Below, piece after piece: positions 5,597 to 13,946 of a stretch of 37,643 nucleotides of DNA. A program made the translations under genes and the position numbers. The notes beneath the pieces are model-generated. The model saw only the letters and a list, made by a program, of their open reading frames with translations. It was not told the origin of the DNA and did no database searches. Positions within the stretch are counted from its first letter, which is position 1. Every line of letters begins with the position of its first letter. Source of the DNA: a virus. The stretch spans positions 1-37,643 of the IMG/VR virus record IMGVR_UViG_3300043958_000061. One strand, given 5' to 3'.

Positions 5597-5793
5597 TGCG
5601 TTGGATGACCGCGAAAGAAGCCTCCGAGGTTGTGCCATTTTCTGAGATCACGCTCAAGCGCTGCATGAAGCGTGCCAAGCCGGTGGAAGGCGAATTGCCG
5701 CCACTGCGTGCAAAAAAAGATCCGCAAGGACGCTGGATCGTCACCGACAAAGCATTAGAGGACTGGATGAACCGAGTCCTCACGCAGAAGTAG
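5596..5793 (+). CDS. Small HTH DNA-binding protein, excisionase-like
   Basis: 65 aa. MTAKEASEVVPFSEITLKRCMKR...WIVTDKALEDWM resembles the MerR/Xis-type HTH_17 pattern. Confidence 0.55.
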   Translation: MRWMTAKEASEVVPFSEITLKRCMKRAKPVEGELPPLRAKKDPQGRWIVTDKALEDWMNRVLTQK

Positions 5794-5805
5794 AAAGGCC
5801 ATGAA

Positions 5806-6006
5806 ATGTACACGGATGAAGCGGTAGAGAAGTTGCTTGCGAGCTTGAGGATGGAGAGTCGCATCAAACAAACCGTCATGGAGGGGTACGAGGGCTACAC
5901 AGAGCTGAAAACAATTGCAGAGATGGCGCACCAGCAATCGAAAATCTCACTAGATATCGCCGAAACCTGGGCCGACCGCTACCACATCGAGGAGGCAGCG
6001 AAATGA
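5806..6006 (+). CDS. Hypothetical protein
   Basis: 66-aa ORF ending EEAAK* with an ATGA overlap to the next gene. Confidence 0.55.
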   Translation: MYTDEAVEKLLASLRMESRIKQTVMEGYEGYTELKTIAEMAHQQSKISLDIAETWADRYHIEEAAK

Positions 6007-6377
6007 CCACACGCACTCACAAAGAATTCCTCAACGAACTCAAATCCAGATTCGGGTCTGATTCGATGCGGTGGGCGTTCAAATGCCCTGCCTGCAAAGA
6101 CATCGCCACCGGCGCTGACTTCCTGAAAGCTGCCAAAGAGCGAGGGATCGGAGATCCCGGCACTTATGCGTCGGCCCGTCTAGGGCAGGAATGTATCGGA
6201 CGCACGCTCGGCGCCCTCTCAACCGACCAGGGGAAGGATTACCGGGGGCGCGGCTGTGACTGGGCAGCCTACGGCCTGTTCAGTGGGCCGGATTTCGTCG
6301 AAATCCCGAACGGCGACGGGACGACACGGAAGGTCCCCACGTTCGAGATCGCAACCGTCGAGGAGGCAGCGAAATGA
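6003..6377 (+). CDS. Hypothetical Cys-containing protein
   Basis: 124 aa with CPAC...C...C residues. It is translationally coupled at both ends. Confidence 0.65.
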   Translation: MTTRTHKEFLNELKSRFGSDSMRWAFKCPACKDIATGADFLKAAKERGIGDPGTYASARLGQECIGRTLGALSTDQGKDYRGRGCDWAAYGLFSGPDFVEIPNGDGTTRKVPTFEIATVEEAAK

Positions 6378-6679
6378 GCCTCAACCCGACAACAAAAGAG
6401 ATTGCGACCGAGTTGCGGAACCTGGCCGACGCGCTGGAAACAGTTGGCGAAGTGCAGGGATTTTATGCAGCAAGGTTCAGCATGCAGACAAACGAGTACC
6501 GGCCTTGGAATCTTGTTGTGGACGCACTTGCTGGCCGGGGAGTGATTGAGGGGCCTAACAAATACGGCACCAAGTCATTCGTGAACGTGCCCGGAGACAG
6601 TCATCCGCTGACCGTTCCGCCAGATTTGTCCATCGACATTTCGTGGATGACGGGCGCCGTCGAAGAGGTGGCGAAATGA
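6374..6679 (+). CDS. Hypothetical protein
   Basis: 101-aa ORF with ATGA coupling at both ends. Confidence 0.6.
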   Translation: MSLNPTTKEIATELRNLADALETVGEVQGFYAARFSMQTNEYRPWNLVVDALAGRGVIEGPNKYGTKSFVNVPGDSHPLTVPPDLSIDISWMTGAVEEVAK

Positions 6680-6906
6680 ACACGTATTACTTGACTTTCG
6701 GTCCTGATCATTGCGTGTGTCCGTGGCAGTCGCCGTCGGGGTGGGTGGAGATTTACACGTCGTCGTTGGGGCGCGCTCGCGAGATCGCGTTTGATTTTTT
6801 CGGGGATAAATGGTGCCAAATCTTTACTGAACCGCCAGCCTCGCAGCGTATGGCGGATGGCCTGCTGGCCACGGTGAAGCTCGGGGAATTGGAGGTCGTG
6901 AAATGA
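6676..6906 (+). CDS. Hypothetical protein
   Basis: ATG 6676 overlaps the upstream stop (ATGA). 76 aa, MNTYYLTFGPDH... Confidence 0.55.
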   Translation: MNTYYLTFGPDHCVCPWQSPSGWVEIYTSSLGRAREIAFDFFGDKWCQIFTEPPASQRMADGLLATVKLGELEVVK

Positions 6907-7079
6907 CTCGATCTGAGGAGAAGTCTTTTATCGCGATCGGTGTGGTGGTTTTCGCGGTCGCCACCGGAGTGATCGTGTCGCAGTGTCCGACCTGGTGGTT
7001 TGTGGGACTCCTACTGGCCACCTATGCGCTCGCGGCGGGCGCTGGAGTGTGGGCGGCAACCAAAGATGAGGAGGAGTGA
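6903..7079 (+). CDS. Small membrane protein (58 aa, two hydrophobic segments); below the ORF-track length cutoff
   Basis: My translation is MTRSEEKSFIAIGVVVFAVATGVIVSQCPTWWFVGLLLATYALAAGAGVWAATKDEEE. It has ATGA coupling upstream, and its stop overlaps the next ATG. Confidence 0.45.
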   Translation: MTRSEEKSFIAIGVVVFAVATGVIVSQCPTWWFVGLLLATYALAAGAGVWAATKDEEE

Positions 7080-7159
7080 TGAGGGCGTATTTTCGAGAGT
7101 TTTTCATCCCCATGATCGTCACCGCGCTGATCGTCACAGTCCTGGTGGTGGCACTATGA
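7079..7159 (+). CDS. Possible 26-aa hydrophobic peptide
   Basis: MRAYFREFFIPMIVTALIVTVLVVAL. It fills the gap between coupled genes, and its start and stop overlap both neighbours. Confidence 0.25.
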   Translation: MRAYFREFFIPMIVTALIVTVLVVAL

Positions 7160-7404
7160 GACAGATTTTGGTGATGCGGTATCCGATTGAGGATCACGAT
7201 TTGACGCCTGCGCAGCTGAAACGCGAGGCACTGATCCGCACGAAAACCACAGCACGGTCCAGAGGGTGGGAAATCCTCGGAACGCAAGAAATAAACCTTT
7301 ACCCAGAACGCCGATGCGTGGAGTGCACGCTCATAGTCGATGCTCCAGGGATTATCACGGAACCTATTTGGGAGGCGACAGATGCATCGGATTCGAGGCG
7401 TTGA
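7156..7404 (+). CDS. Hypothetical protein
   Basis: 82 aa starting MRQILVMRYPIEDHDL. The upstream part of track ORF 7000..7404 overlaps the small membrane ORFs. Confidence 0.55.
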   Translation: MRQILVMRYPIEDHDLTPAQLKREALIRTKTTARSRGWEILGTQEINLYPERRCVECTLIVDAPGIITEPIWEATDASDSRR

Positions 7405-7837
7405 CACGTGGGTGACGCCACTGATGGAAAAGCTGGATTTGCGTGGCGAGGATTGGCGTGACCAGGCGTTGTGTGCACAGTCGGACCCGGAGCTGTTTTT
7501 CCCAGGGAGTAACGGGTCTGTGAAGCCAGCGCTCCGGATCTGTCATGACTGCCCGGTCATGGCCGAGTGCAGGGCGTGGGGAGATGCGCATGAGATCGGT
7601 ACCTATGGCGTCCTGGGTGGTGAGACGGCGTGGCAGCGGATTCGACGCCGCAAAAACGCCCGCGAGCCGCACACAGTCGACACGGACCCTGGGATAGGCG
7701 TGTGCACCTCGTGTGGGGCCAGGCTGCGACCACATTCCGTACCTGTGGCGGAGGCACCTGGGACGAGGCAGGCGTACTCGGGGCACCTCTGCCAATCATG
7801 CTGGAGGCGGGATAGGAGGGCTAAGAAAAATGCCTGA
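7382..7837 (+). CDS. whiB: WhiB-family Fe-S transcription factor with a C-terminal Cys4 extension
   Basis: ALCAQSDPELFFP...ICHDCPVMAECRAWG is the four-Cys WhiB signature. The extra C-terminal CTSCG...CQSCW looks like a zinc ribbon. The RBS GGAGGCGACAG precedes ATG 7382. Confidence 0.8.
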   Translation: MHRIRGVDTWVTPLMEKLDLRGEDWRDQALCAQSDPELFFPGSNGSVKPALRICHDCPVMAECRAWGDAHEIGTYGVLGGETAWQRIRRRKNAREPHTVDTDPGIGVCTSCGARLRPHSVPVAEAPGTRQAYSGHLCQSCWRRDRRAKKNA

Positions 7838-8021
7838 TATATCTAGCGAGTGGGTGGGTGATTCGTGGGTGATCATCCTCGACGGTGAGCCGGGCGAGGT
7901 CCTGACCAGGGCCGACGCAGAGCAGCTGATCACCGAGCTACATAGGGCGATCGAAGAACCACCCGGCGACGACGAAGATTTGGCTTTCGAGACATGGAGA
8001 GATTTAGGAGCAGAAGGATGA
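7830..8021 (+). CDS. Hypothetical acidic protein
   Basis: 63 aa, MPDISSEWVGDSW.... ATG 7830 follows an AGGAGGGCTAAGAAAA leader. Confidence 0.5.
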   Translation: MPDISSEWVGDSWVIILDGEPGEVLTRADAEQLITELHRAIEEPPGDDEDLAFETWRDLGAEG

Positions 8022-8854
8022 GCGAGTTTGAAGTGGGACTTCACTATGACGTCCCAGCAGACATTTACCATAAAGGTCTCGCTGAGCCGCGCCCGCTATC
8101 TTCGACGCTCGCGAAAAACCTCCTGCGCATGCTCCCAGAGGAGGCATTGTGGGAGCTAGAGTGCGGCGAACATAAAGATTCCTACGATTTTGGGACTGCG
8201 GCGCATGAGCTGATCTTGCAAGGCGAACTCAAAACCGCTATCGAACTGCCGTTCGATTCGTACCGATCTAAAGCGGCGCAGGAGGCACGTGATAAGGCGT
8301 ATGCGCAGGGGCTAACGCCGTTCGTGCAGGGAACACTTGACGGCGTGCGGGCGATGGCTGACGTGGTGCGAGGCAAGACTGAAAATGCTGCGCTGCTCAA
8401 CACTGGCGGCTCGGCGGAAGTCTCAGCCCTCGCAGAATGCGACGGGATCATGATGCAGGCGCGTTTCGACTATCTGCGCCTACCAGACGCGGATCATGCG
8501 GGCTTCATCCTCGACCTGAAAACCACGGCGGGGAGTGCGGCGCCACGCGAGTTTATGCGCAACGGCGCAAGTTACGGGTATCACATTCAGGCGGCGATGT
8601 ATCAGACAGTGCTCCAGGCGCTCGGCTATCCACGGCTGCCATTCATATGGCTAGTGGTATCGAAGAAGCCGCCGTATGCGTCAAGCCTGATCCAGGCATC
8701 GCAGGTTGATCTTGAGGTTGGTGAGCTGATGCTAGCCAAAGCTATCACCAGGTGGAAGGCCGTGCAGGGCGGCACCCTCCACCACACAGGTATCACGCAA
8801 TCATTCTTCCCTGCATGGATTCAGTATGAGGCAGAGGAGCTTTCAAATGACTGA
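8018..8854 (+). CDS. PD-(D/E)XK exonuclease (RecE-like partner of RecT)
   Basis: ILDLKTT (D-x-K) and YHIQAAMY motifs. It lies immediately upstream of a RecT gene. The RBS GGAGCAGAAGG precedes ATG 8018. Confidence 0.75.
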   Translation: MSEFEVGLHYDVPADIYHKGLAEPRPLSSTLAKNLLRMLPEEALWELECGEHKDSYDFGTAAHELILQGELKTAIELPFDSYRSKAAQEARDKAYAQGLTPFVQGTLDGVRAMADVVRGKTENAALLNTGGSAEVSALAECDGIMMQARFDYLRLPDADHAGFILDLKTTAGSAAPREFMRNGASYGYHIQAAMYQTVLQALGYPRLPFIWLVVSKKPPYASSLIQASQVDLEVGELMLAKAITRWKAVQGGTLHHTGITQSFFPAWIQYEAEELSND

Positions 8855-9647
8855 GACGGGCATCATTCGACGCGAAACCGGCAACCAGGCCATGGTGGCG
8901 TCACAGACCACATTGACGGAGCAGGCACGCGCCGTCGCAGAAGTTCAGGCGGCGGTGACGGTCGCACAGCAGGTGCGCCGTGACCAAGGCCGTGCAGAAG
9001 CGGAAATGCGGGCCACCTGCGAACGGCTCACGGTGGCGCAAAAAGCGTTCTACACCGTCCCTAATCGTGGCAGTGGGCCAACGGTACATCTCATGCGGGA
9101 ACTCGCCCGGATTTGGGGAAACATCGACTACGGGGTGCGGGAAATGCGCCGCGACGACCACGAGGGAATATCAGAAATCCAAGCATATGCGTGGGATCAA
9201 GAGACGAACGTCCGTTCCACGCGGAGCTTCATTGTCCCTCACGAGAGGATGGCGCGGAAATCCAGGCAGAAGCTTACTGACTTGGGGGACATCTATCTGA
9301 ACAATCAGAATGTTGGCGCGCGCGCGGTTCGCGAATGTATAGCGACCGTGCTCCCCAGTTGGTTTACGGATGAGGCGCAGGCGATTTGTCACGCGACATT
9401 GCAACACGGTGATGGGACACCGCTTGCTGATCGTGTAGGCAAAATGCTCGCCGCATTCAAAACACATTCCGTCACGCAGGCGATGATCGAGGCGCGGCTC
9501 AAGCGTCCCCGTACTGCCTGGACTGCTGGTGATCTTGCTGAGCTGACAACGATTTTCCAGAGTCTGGAGCGCCGCGAAATCACGGTGGAGGAAGCTTTCC
9601 CTCAGGCCGTGACCGTTGATGAGCTGACAGGCGAGGTGAGTGAGTGA
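8847..9647 (+). CDS. recT: RecT-family single-strand annealing protein
   Basis: Family-like core AFYTVPNRGSGPTVHLMRELARIWGNIDYGVRE...IQAYAWDQETNVRSTRSFIVPH. It is paired with the exonuclease. Confidence 0.8.
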   Translation: MTETGIIRRETGNQAMVASQTTLTEQARAVAEVQAAVTVAQQVRRDQGRAEAEMRATCERLTVAQKAFYTVPNRGSGPTVHLMRELARIWGNIDYGVREMRRDDHEGISEIQAYAWDQETNVRSTRSFIVPHERMARKSRQKLTDLGDIYLNNQNVGARAVRECIATVLPSWFTDEAQAICHATLQHGDGTPLADRVGKMLAAFKTHSVTQAMIEARLKRPRTAWTAGDLAELTTIFQSLERREITVEEAFPQAVTVDELTGEVSE

Positions 9648-9907
9648 TGGAACGTATCGACCACACGCCCGATGATATCGCCGCGCTACTCGCTGAGGTA
9701 GAGAAGCTGAAGGCGAAGCTGAAACGGCTATCCACCCTGCCGGTCGTGTATGACAAAGGCCCTAACGATACGGACGCGGGCAGGTTTTTGATCGCCGCGC
9801 GGAACCTTGAAAACGGGGAGTACATAGGTGGGAGCTGCACTCGCCGCGCCGTTGCCTCACTGATCCGCCGTGACGTCGATATCGCGATGGGCGGGGAGGA
9901 GTCGTGA
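9647..9907 (+). CDS. Hypothetical protein
   Basis: ORF coupled to its neighbours (TGATG junction), with a short coiled segment. Confidence 0.55.
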   Translation: MERIDHTPDDIAALLAEVEKLKAKLKRLSTLPVVYDKGPNDTDAGRFLIAARNLENGEYIGGSCTRRAVASLIRRDVDIAMGGEES

Positions 9908-10248
9908 TGACTGAGGACATCCACACCATGAGCCTCGACACCTACATTTGGATGTCGGCAACAGACCCACGCCTCTCAAAGCGGCTCAATTCCGGTGATC
10001 GAATGAGGCTGCTCAATGAGGCGATTGACCGCATCGATGATCTGCAGGAAGAAATCGCGGTATTGAAAGCGCGCCACGAAAGAGACTCAAAAGAAATGCA
10101 GGAACTGCTCGTGGACCTCCGCGACAAAACGCTGGCCTTGCAAGATATCGCTGACCTGCATCGCGGGCACGGAGGGGACGTGTGGTGCCCCACCGAGAGA
10201 ATCGTCTACCTGGGGCATGGACACGCGCTAGATGTGGAGGAGTCGTGA
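9907..10248 (+). CDS. Hypothetical coiled-coil protein
   Basis: ORF coupled at both ends. The RBS GGAGGAGTCG precedes the start. Confidence 0.55.
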   Translation: MTEDIHTMSLDTYIWMSATDPRLSKRLNSGDRMRLLNEAIDRIDDLQEEIAVLKARHERDSKEMQELLVDLRDKTLALQDIADLHRGHGGDVWCPTERIVYLGHGHALDVEES

Positions 10249-10574
10249 GCTACACACCGTCTGACGAGGATGTTGAACGCGTCTATATGGAGGCGCACGA
10301 GGAGCTGAACCCATTCGATCCATACGCTGCCACAGATGCCCACGCCGACTTTGCCGCCTGGAAATCGGCGCACGATACCGAGATGGTGCGAGCCACTATC
10401 GAGGCAATCGGGATCCGCGGCAGAAAAGGCAGCGACGTGTGGGACAGGTGGCGAAAATCCGATGCGGAAAAACGCGCCGCCTACCTCGCGCGCCACTTCG
10501 GACTGACTGACAGGCGAGCAAAAACTACGGCTCGCGCACTAGCAATCCTGCTCGGAATGGAGGTGGGAGCATGA
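10245..10574 (+). CDS. Hypothetical protein
   Basis: GTG 10245 follows GGAGGAGTC and overlaps the upstream stop (GTGA). Confidence 0.5.
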   Translation: MSYTPSDEDVERVYMEAHEELNPFDPYAATDAHADFAAWKSAHDTEMVRATIEAIGIRGRKGSDVWDRWRKSDAEKRAAYLARHFGLTDRRAKTTARALAILLGMEVGA

Positions 10575-10756
10575 ACCGAAACAAGCGAACCATTTTCCTC
10601 GTCGTCTCAATACTCCGGGAGGCGATTATACCGATCGTCGCCTACGAGGACGCGTTCGACGCCCAGAGGAAAGCCGCTGAGCTGGATGGGAATCGGCTCG
10701 CGGGAGACAAGACACAGTACATCGTCCACTCGATCGAGCTGGTGGGGAAGAAATGA
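10571..10756 (+). CDS. Hypothetical protein
   Basis: 61 aa with ATGA coupling at both ends. Confidence 0.5.
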   Translation: MNRNKRTIFLVVSILREAIIPIVAYEDAFDAQRKAAELDGNRLAGDKTQYIVHSIELVGKK

Positions 10757-11406
10757 GCGAGCCGTACTACCAAGACGATTACGTGACGCTCTACCACGGG
10801 GACTGCCTGGAGCATCCCGAATGGTGGGTAGGAGCTGACGTGCTGGTAACCGATCCGCCATATGGGATGGCCTATCGGTCCGGTTGGGTACGCGACCGGA
10901 CCGATAGGCCAATCGCTGGCGACAAGAACACGGGCGCGAGAGATTCGGCGTTCAAGATTTGGGGAGACGGCCCGGCGATCCTTTTTGGTCGATGGGATAT
11001 CGACCGACCCGGGAAGCCTCGCCATCGACTGATCTGGTCGAAGGCCCCAGACCCAGGAATGGGAGATCTTTCTTTTCCGTGGGGAAATTCAGACGAAGAG
11101 ATCTACGTCTACGGATCGGGCTGGAAAGGGTCTCGAGGTCCGAACGTCATCACCTGCCCAAAGCCTCCAGTAAACGACCGACCAAATTACCCGACGCCCA
11201 AACCGGTGGGACTCATGGAGGCACTCATCAGTAAGTGCCCACCTGGGACGATCGCGGACCCGTTCGCTGGCTCGGGATCCACTCTCGTCGCGGCGAAGCT
11301 CCTCGGGCGCAAGGCGGTCGGCGTGGAACTCGAAGAGAAATACTGTGAGATCGCGGCGCGACGACTCTCCCAGGAAGTCTTAGACCTCGCGGGGGTGGAG
11401 AAATGA
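10753..11406 (+). CDS. DNA methyltransferase, beta-class N6-adenine/N4-cytosine type (orphan)
   Basis: Motif IV VTDPPYG precedes motif I DPFAGSGSTLVAAKLLGRKAVGVE. There is no adjacent restriction endonuclease. Confidence 0.85.
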   Translation: MSEPYYQDDYVTLYHGDCLEHPEWWVGADVLVTDPPYGMAYRSGWVRDRTDRPIAGDKNTGARDSAFKIWGDGPAILFGRWDIDRPGKPRHRLIWSKAPDPGMGDLSFPWGNSDEEIYVYGSGWKGSRGPNVITCPKPPVNDRPNYPTPKPVGLMEALISKCPPGTIADPFAGSGSTLVAAKLLGRKAVGVELEEKYCEIAARRLSQEVLDLAGVEK

Positions 11407-11576
11407 CCCTCCTAGATCATTACACGCATTACGACGGGCGCCGGATCGAGCTGTGGCGAGAGGACCGGTACTACCTCGTCCGAATCGTCCCGGTGCGCGG
11501 GAAGGCTGTGCAGCATCCCTACACGAGCGAACGGCGCGCCCGCGAAGCTTTCGACGCGGCAGTGAGAGGATGCTGA
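11403..11576 (+). CDS. Hypothetical small protein (57 aa; below the track cutoff)
   Basis: My translation is MTLLDHYTHYDGRRIELWREDRYYLVRIVPVRGKAVQHPYTSERRAREAFDAAVRGC. It has ATGA coupling upstream. Confidence 0.45.
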   Translation: MTLLDHYTHYDGRRIELWREDRYYLVRIVPVRGKAVQHPYTSERRAREAFDAAVRGC

Positions 11577-11965
11577 AAATGGGTCACCATATCATCGTTC
11601 CGGTGGCGAAAGAGGATTGGCTTTTGCAGAATCACCGCGTCCACTACCAGGTCGCAGCGAGACGAAAAAAGCAGATCCGCCACGACGCCGCGATCATCGG
11701 TAGACGTGACCTGAGTCCATGCGTCGGGCCAGTCGCGATCTATGCCCGGGCTTATGTGCGAGCCGGGATCCTCCCCGACGCGGATGCTATCGCACCCATG
11801 GTGAAAGCGGCCATCGACGGCCTGGTGGACGCGGGGATCATCCCGAATGACGACGGTGAACACCTGCATCTGGTTTGCTACGGCAGGCCCGGACGCGACC
11901 GGACACTCAAACCAAACATGCGGGCCTTGATGCTCGTGGTTACTGACCAGTACGTGCCGTTTTAG
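11570..11965 (+). CDS. rusA: RusA-like Holliday-junction resolvase
   Basis: 131 aa. LPDADAIAPMVKAAIDGLVDAGIIPNDDGEHL resembles the RusA acidic catalytic region. Confidence 0.6.
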   Translation: MLKMGHHIIVPVAKEDWLLQNHRVHYQVAARRKKQIRHDAAIIGRRDLSPCVGPVAIYARAYVRAGILPDADAIAPMVKAAIDGLVDAGIIPNDDGEHLHLVCYGRPGRDRTLKPNMRALMLVVTDQYVPF

Positions 11966-11973
11966 GAGGGGCA

Positions 11974-12177
11974 GTGGCATATATCCGTAATGAGATACCG
12001 GACGCACAGGAGCTTCGCAGGCGCCGCGATCTAGCGCGAAGAATCCTCGTCGCGGCACTCGAAAAGGAAGAAAACCAGCTCTACCGAGAAGCCATCATGG
12101 CGCTCGATGGAGCCACAAAACAGCAAATCTTGAACAGTAGAAAGGAGGGTTGTGGTGGCAATTTCGAAGAGGACTAG
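11974..12177 (+). CDS. Hypothetical protein
   Basis: The GTG start follows AGGAGGGGCA. 67 aa. Confidence 0.5.
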   Translation: MAYIRNEIPDAQELRRRRDLARRILVAALEKEENQLYREAIMALDGATKQQILNSRKEGCGGNFEED

Positions 12178-12961
12178 GTACGAAATCCTAAAACGCGACA
12201 ATTTCACGTGCCGCTACTGCGGCGCAAAAGCTCCCGACGTCAAGCTACACATAGACCACGTGATGCCGCAATCCCTTGGCGGAACAGACGATGCCACCAA
12301 CCTGGTAACCGCGTGCATGGAATGCAATTCGGGGAAAACTTCCACACGCCCAAGCGATTCGCTCATCGCCCAAATCAGTGACACCGAAATCGCTTTGCAG
12401 GCCGCGTACGCGAAGGTTGTAGCTGAACGCACGGCTCAAGTTGAGAAGTACCAAAAGGCCGTTCAAAGCGTTCTTCGATACTGGAAAAAGGTTGAGATCT
12501 ATTCCGATCCGCCATCTGATGCGAAAGCGACGATCCGCAGGTTCCTCGGGCTTGGTTTGACTGTCGAGGAGATCAAAGAATCGTTCGATATTGCGGAAGA
12601 AAATATCTCAGTTCCACATCGTGCGAAATGGAAATATTCGTGCGGCGTCTTACACAACAAGGCTCGCAAAATCGAGAACGACGCCCTGGCATTAGTTCGC
12701 AAAGAAACGCGCGAGAAATATAACCAATGCGGGCATTGCGAGTGCTGCCGCGATCCCGAAGATGATTCGGGAGAATGTTTGCTTTACGCGCCACCAGAGG
12801 ACGAAAAGCCGCTCACTTGCCCATATTGCGATGATCCAGATTGCCTTTACGGGGTCGGCTATTCCGATGGCATGGACATTGGTGGGGAGGAAACCTATAT
12901 GGCTTTCTATGACCAGATCGTTCACTACAGGACTTGCCCAGAGGTGAATCATGTCTCGTGA
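12152..12961 (+). CDS. HNH endonuclease with a Cys-rich C-terminal extension
   Basis: CRYCG...HIDHVMPQSLGGTDDATNLVTACMECNSGK is an HNH core. The second GTG at 12155 is an equally plausible start. Confidence 0.8.
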   Translation: MVAISKRTRYEILKRDNFTCRYCGAKAPDVKLHIDHVMPQSLGGTDDATNLVTACMECNSGKTSTRPSDSLIAQISDTEIALQAAYAKVVAERTAQVEKYQKAVQSVLRYWKKVEIYSDPPSDAKATIRRFLGLGLTVEEIKESFDIAEENISVPHRAKWKYSCGVLHNKARKIENDALALVRKETREKYNQCGHCECCRDPEDDSGECLLYAPPEDEKPLTCPYCDDPDCLYGVGYSDGMDIGGEETYMAFYDQIVHYRTCPEVNHVS

Positions 12962-13946
12962 TTTCGGGAAGCTCTACATGACCGCATGGTCCGATGTTGA
13001 TTTCACCGCGTTGTCCGGAGAGGCGCAGCGCATGTATATGTTCCTGCTTTCACAACCTGATTTGTCGCGCGCTGGCACGATCACGCTCGCGCTCAATCGG
13101 TGGGCAACCAGGGTTGGGAACTATGTTGCAGATGACCTTGTGTGGCATATCTACGAACTTTCGCAGGCGGGTTTCGTTGTCGTGGACGGCGAATGCGAGG
13201 AGCTTCTGGTGCGTTCATACATTCGCCGTGACGAGGGGTGGAAATCGCCAAATATCATGGTGGCAATTGAGGGTGCGGCGAAGAATGTCATGTCCGAATC
13301 GTTACGCGCTGTGATCCGGGATGAAGTGCTTAGGATTGACACTTCGACGCTTCCGACGAAGATCAATGAACGAACGGGTAGATCGACGAAAGATTTCGTT
13401 GAAATGGTGATCCATCGCCTTGCCGACGAGCTTTCTACCTGCGAAAAGGCTGACGAAGTAACCAATTGGAACCCTTCATCAAACGGTTTCGCTAACCCTT
13501 CCCGAAAGGGTTCAAAAAAGAAAGGGTTACCGAAAGGGTTACCGAAAGGGTCCCTAACTACTACTACTACAGCTACTACTACAGCTACAGCTACAGCTAC
13601 AGCTACTACTACCGCCGAACCCGAGGGGTTCGACGAGTTTTGGGAAATCTATCCGAGGCACATGAAGCGCGGCGACGCCATCAAGGCTTTCCACCAGATG
13701 CTCAAAGCTGGCGCGTCCGTGGACGAGATCATCGCGGGCGCACGTCGCTTCGCAGCAGATCCGAACCTGCCAGAGCAAAAGTTCATCCCCTACCCGGCTT
13801 CGTGGCTTCGAGCTGAGGGTTGGCTGGACGATCCGCTGCCACCTCGAAACCGTCCGCAGCCTCAGCGTCCAACTCGCGTGGAGGAAAACATGCAGGTTGT
13901 CCGTGAGCTGATGGCACAGGACGAGCTTAGGCAGGTGGGAGCGTGA
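12951..13946 (+). CDS. Putative replication initiator / replisome organiser with a low-complexity Thr/Ala linker
   Basis: It sits upstream of SSB. The C-terminal FDEFWEIYPRHMKRGDAIKAF...FIPYPASWLRAEGWLDD pattern is common in phage replication-organiser proteins. Internal DNA repeats are listed separately. Confidence 0.55.
   Translation: MSRDFGKLYMTAWSDVDFTALSGEAQRMYMFLLSQPDLSRAGTITLALNRWATRVGNYVADDLVWHIYELSQAGFVVVDGECEELLVRSYIRRDEGWKSPNIMVAIEGAAKNVMSESLRAVIRDEVLRIDTSTLPTKINERTGRSTKDFVEMVIHRLADELSTCEKADEVTNWNPSSNGFANPSRKGSKKKGLPKGLPKGSLTTTTTATTTATATATATTTAEPEGFDEFWEIYPRHMKRGDAIKAFHQMLKAGASVDEIIAGARRFAADPNLPEQKFIPYPASWLRAEGWLDDPLPPRNRPQPQRPTRVEENMQVVRELMAQDELRQVGA
13470..13552. repeat. Iteron-like cluster: AACCCTT x2 (13470, 13494) then GAAAGGGT x4 (13504, 13520, 13532, 13544) inside the replication gene
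   Basis: Read directly. Six copies of the 7-mer AAGGGTT/AACCCTT lie within about 85 bp, and the last three are on a 12-bp period. Confidence 0.6.
13557..13613 (+). repeat. ACT / ACAGCT microsatellite encoding TTTTTATTTATATATATTT
   Basis: Read directly: ACTACTACTACTACAGCTACTACTACAGCTACAGCTACAGCTACAGCTACTACTACC. Confidence 0.9.

Noticed and set aside
13557-13613. The ACT/ACAGCT repeat as a non-coding satellite or CRISPR-like element
   Set aside because: It is in frame within a long ORF and encodes a Thr/Ala linker. It is reported only as a coding microsatellite.
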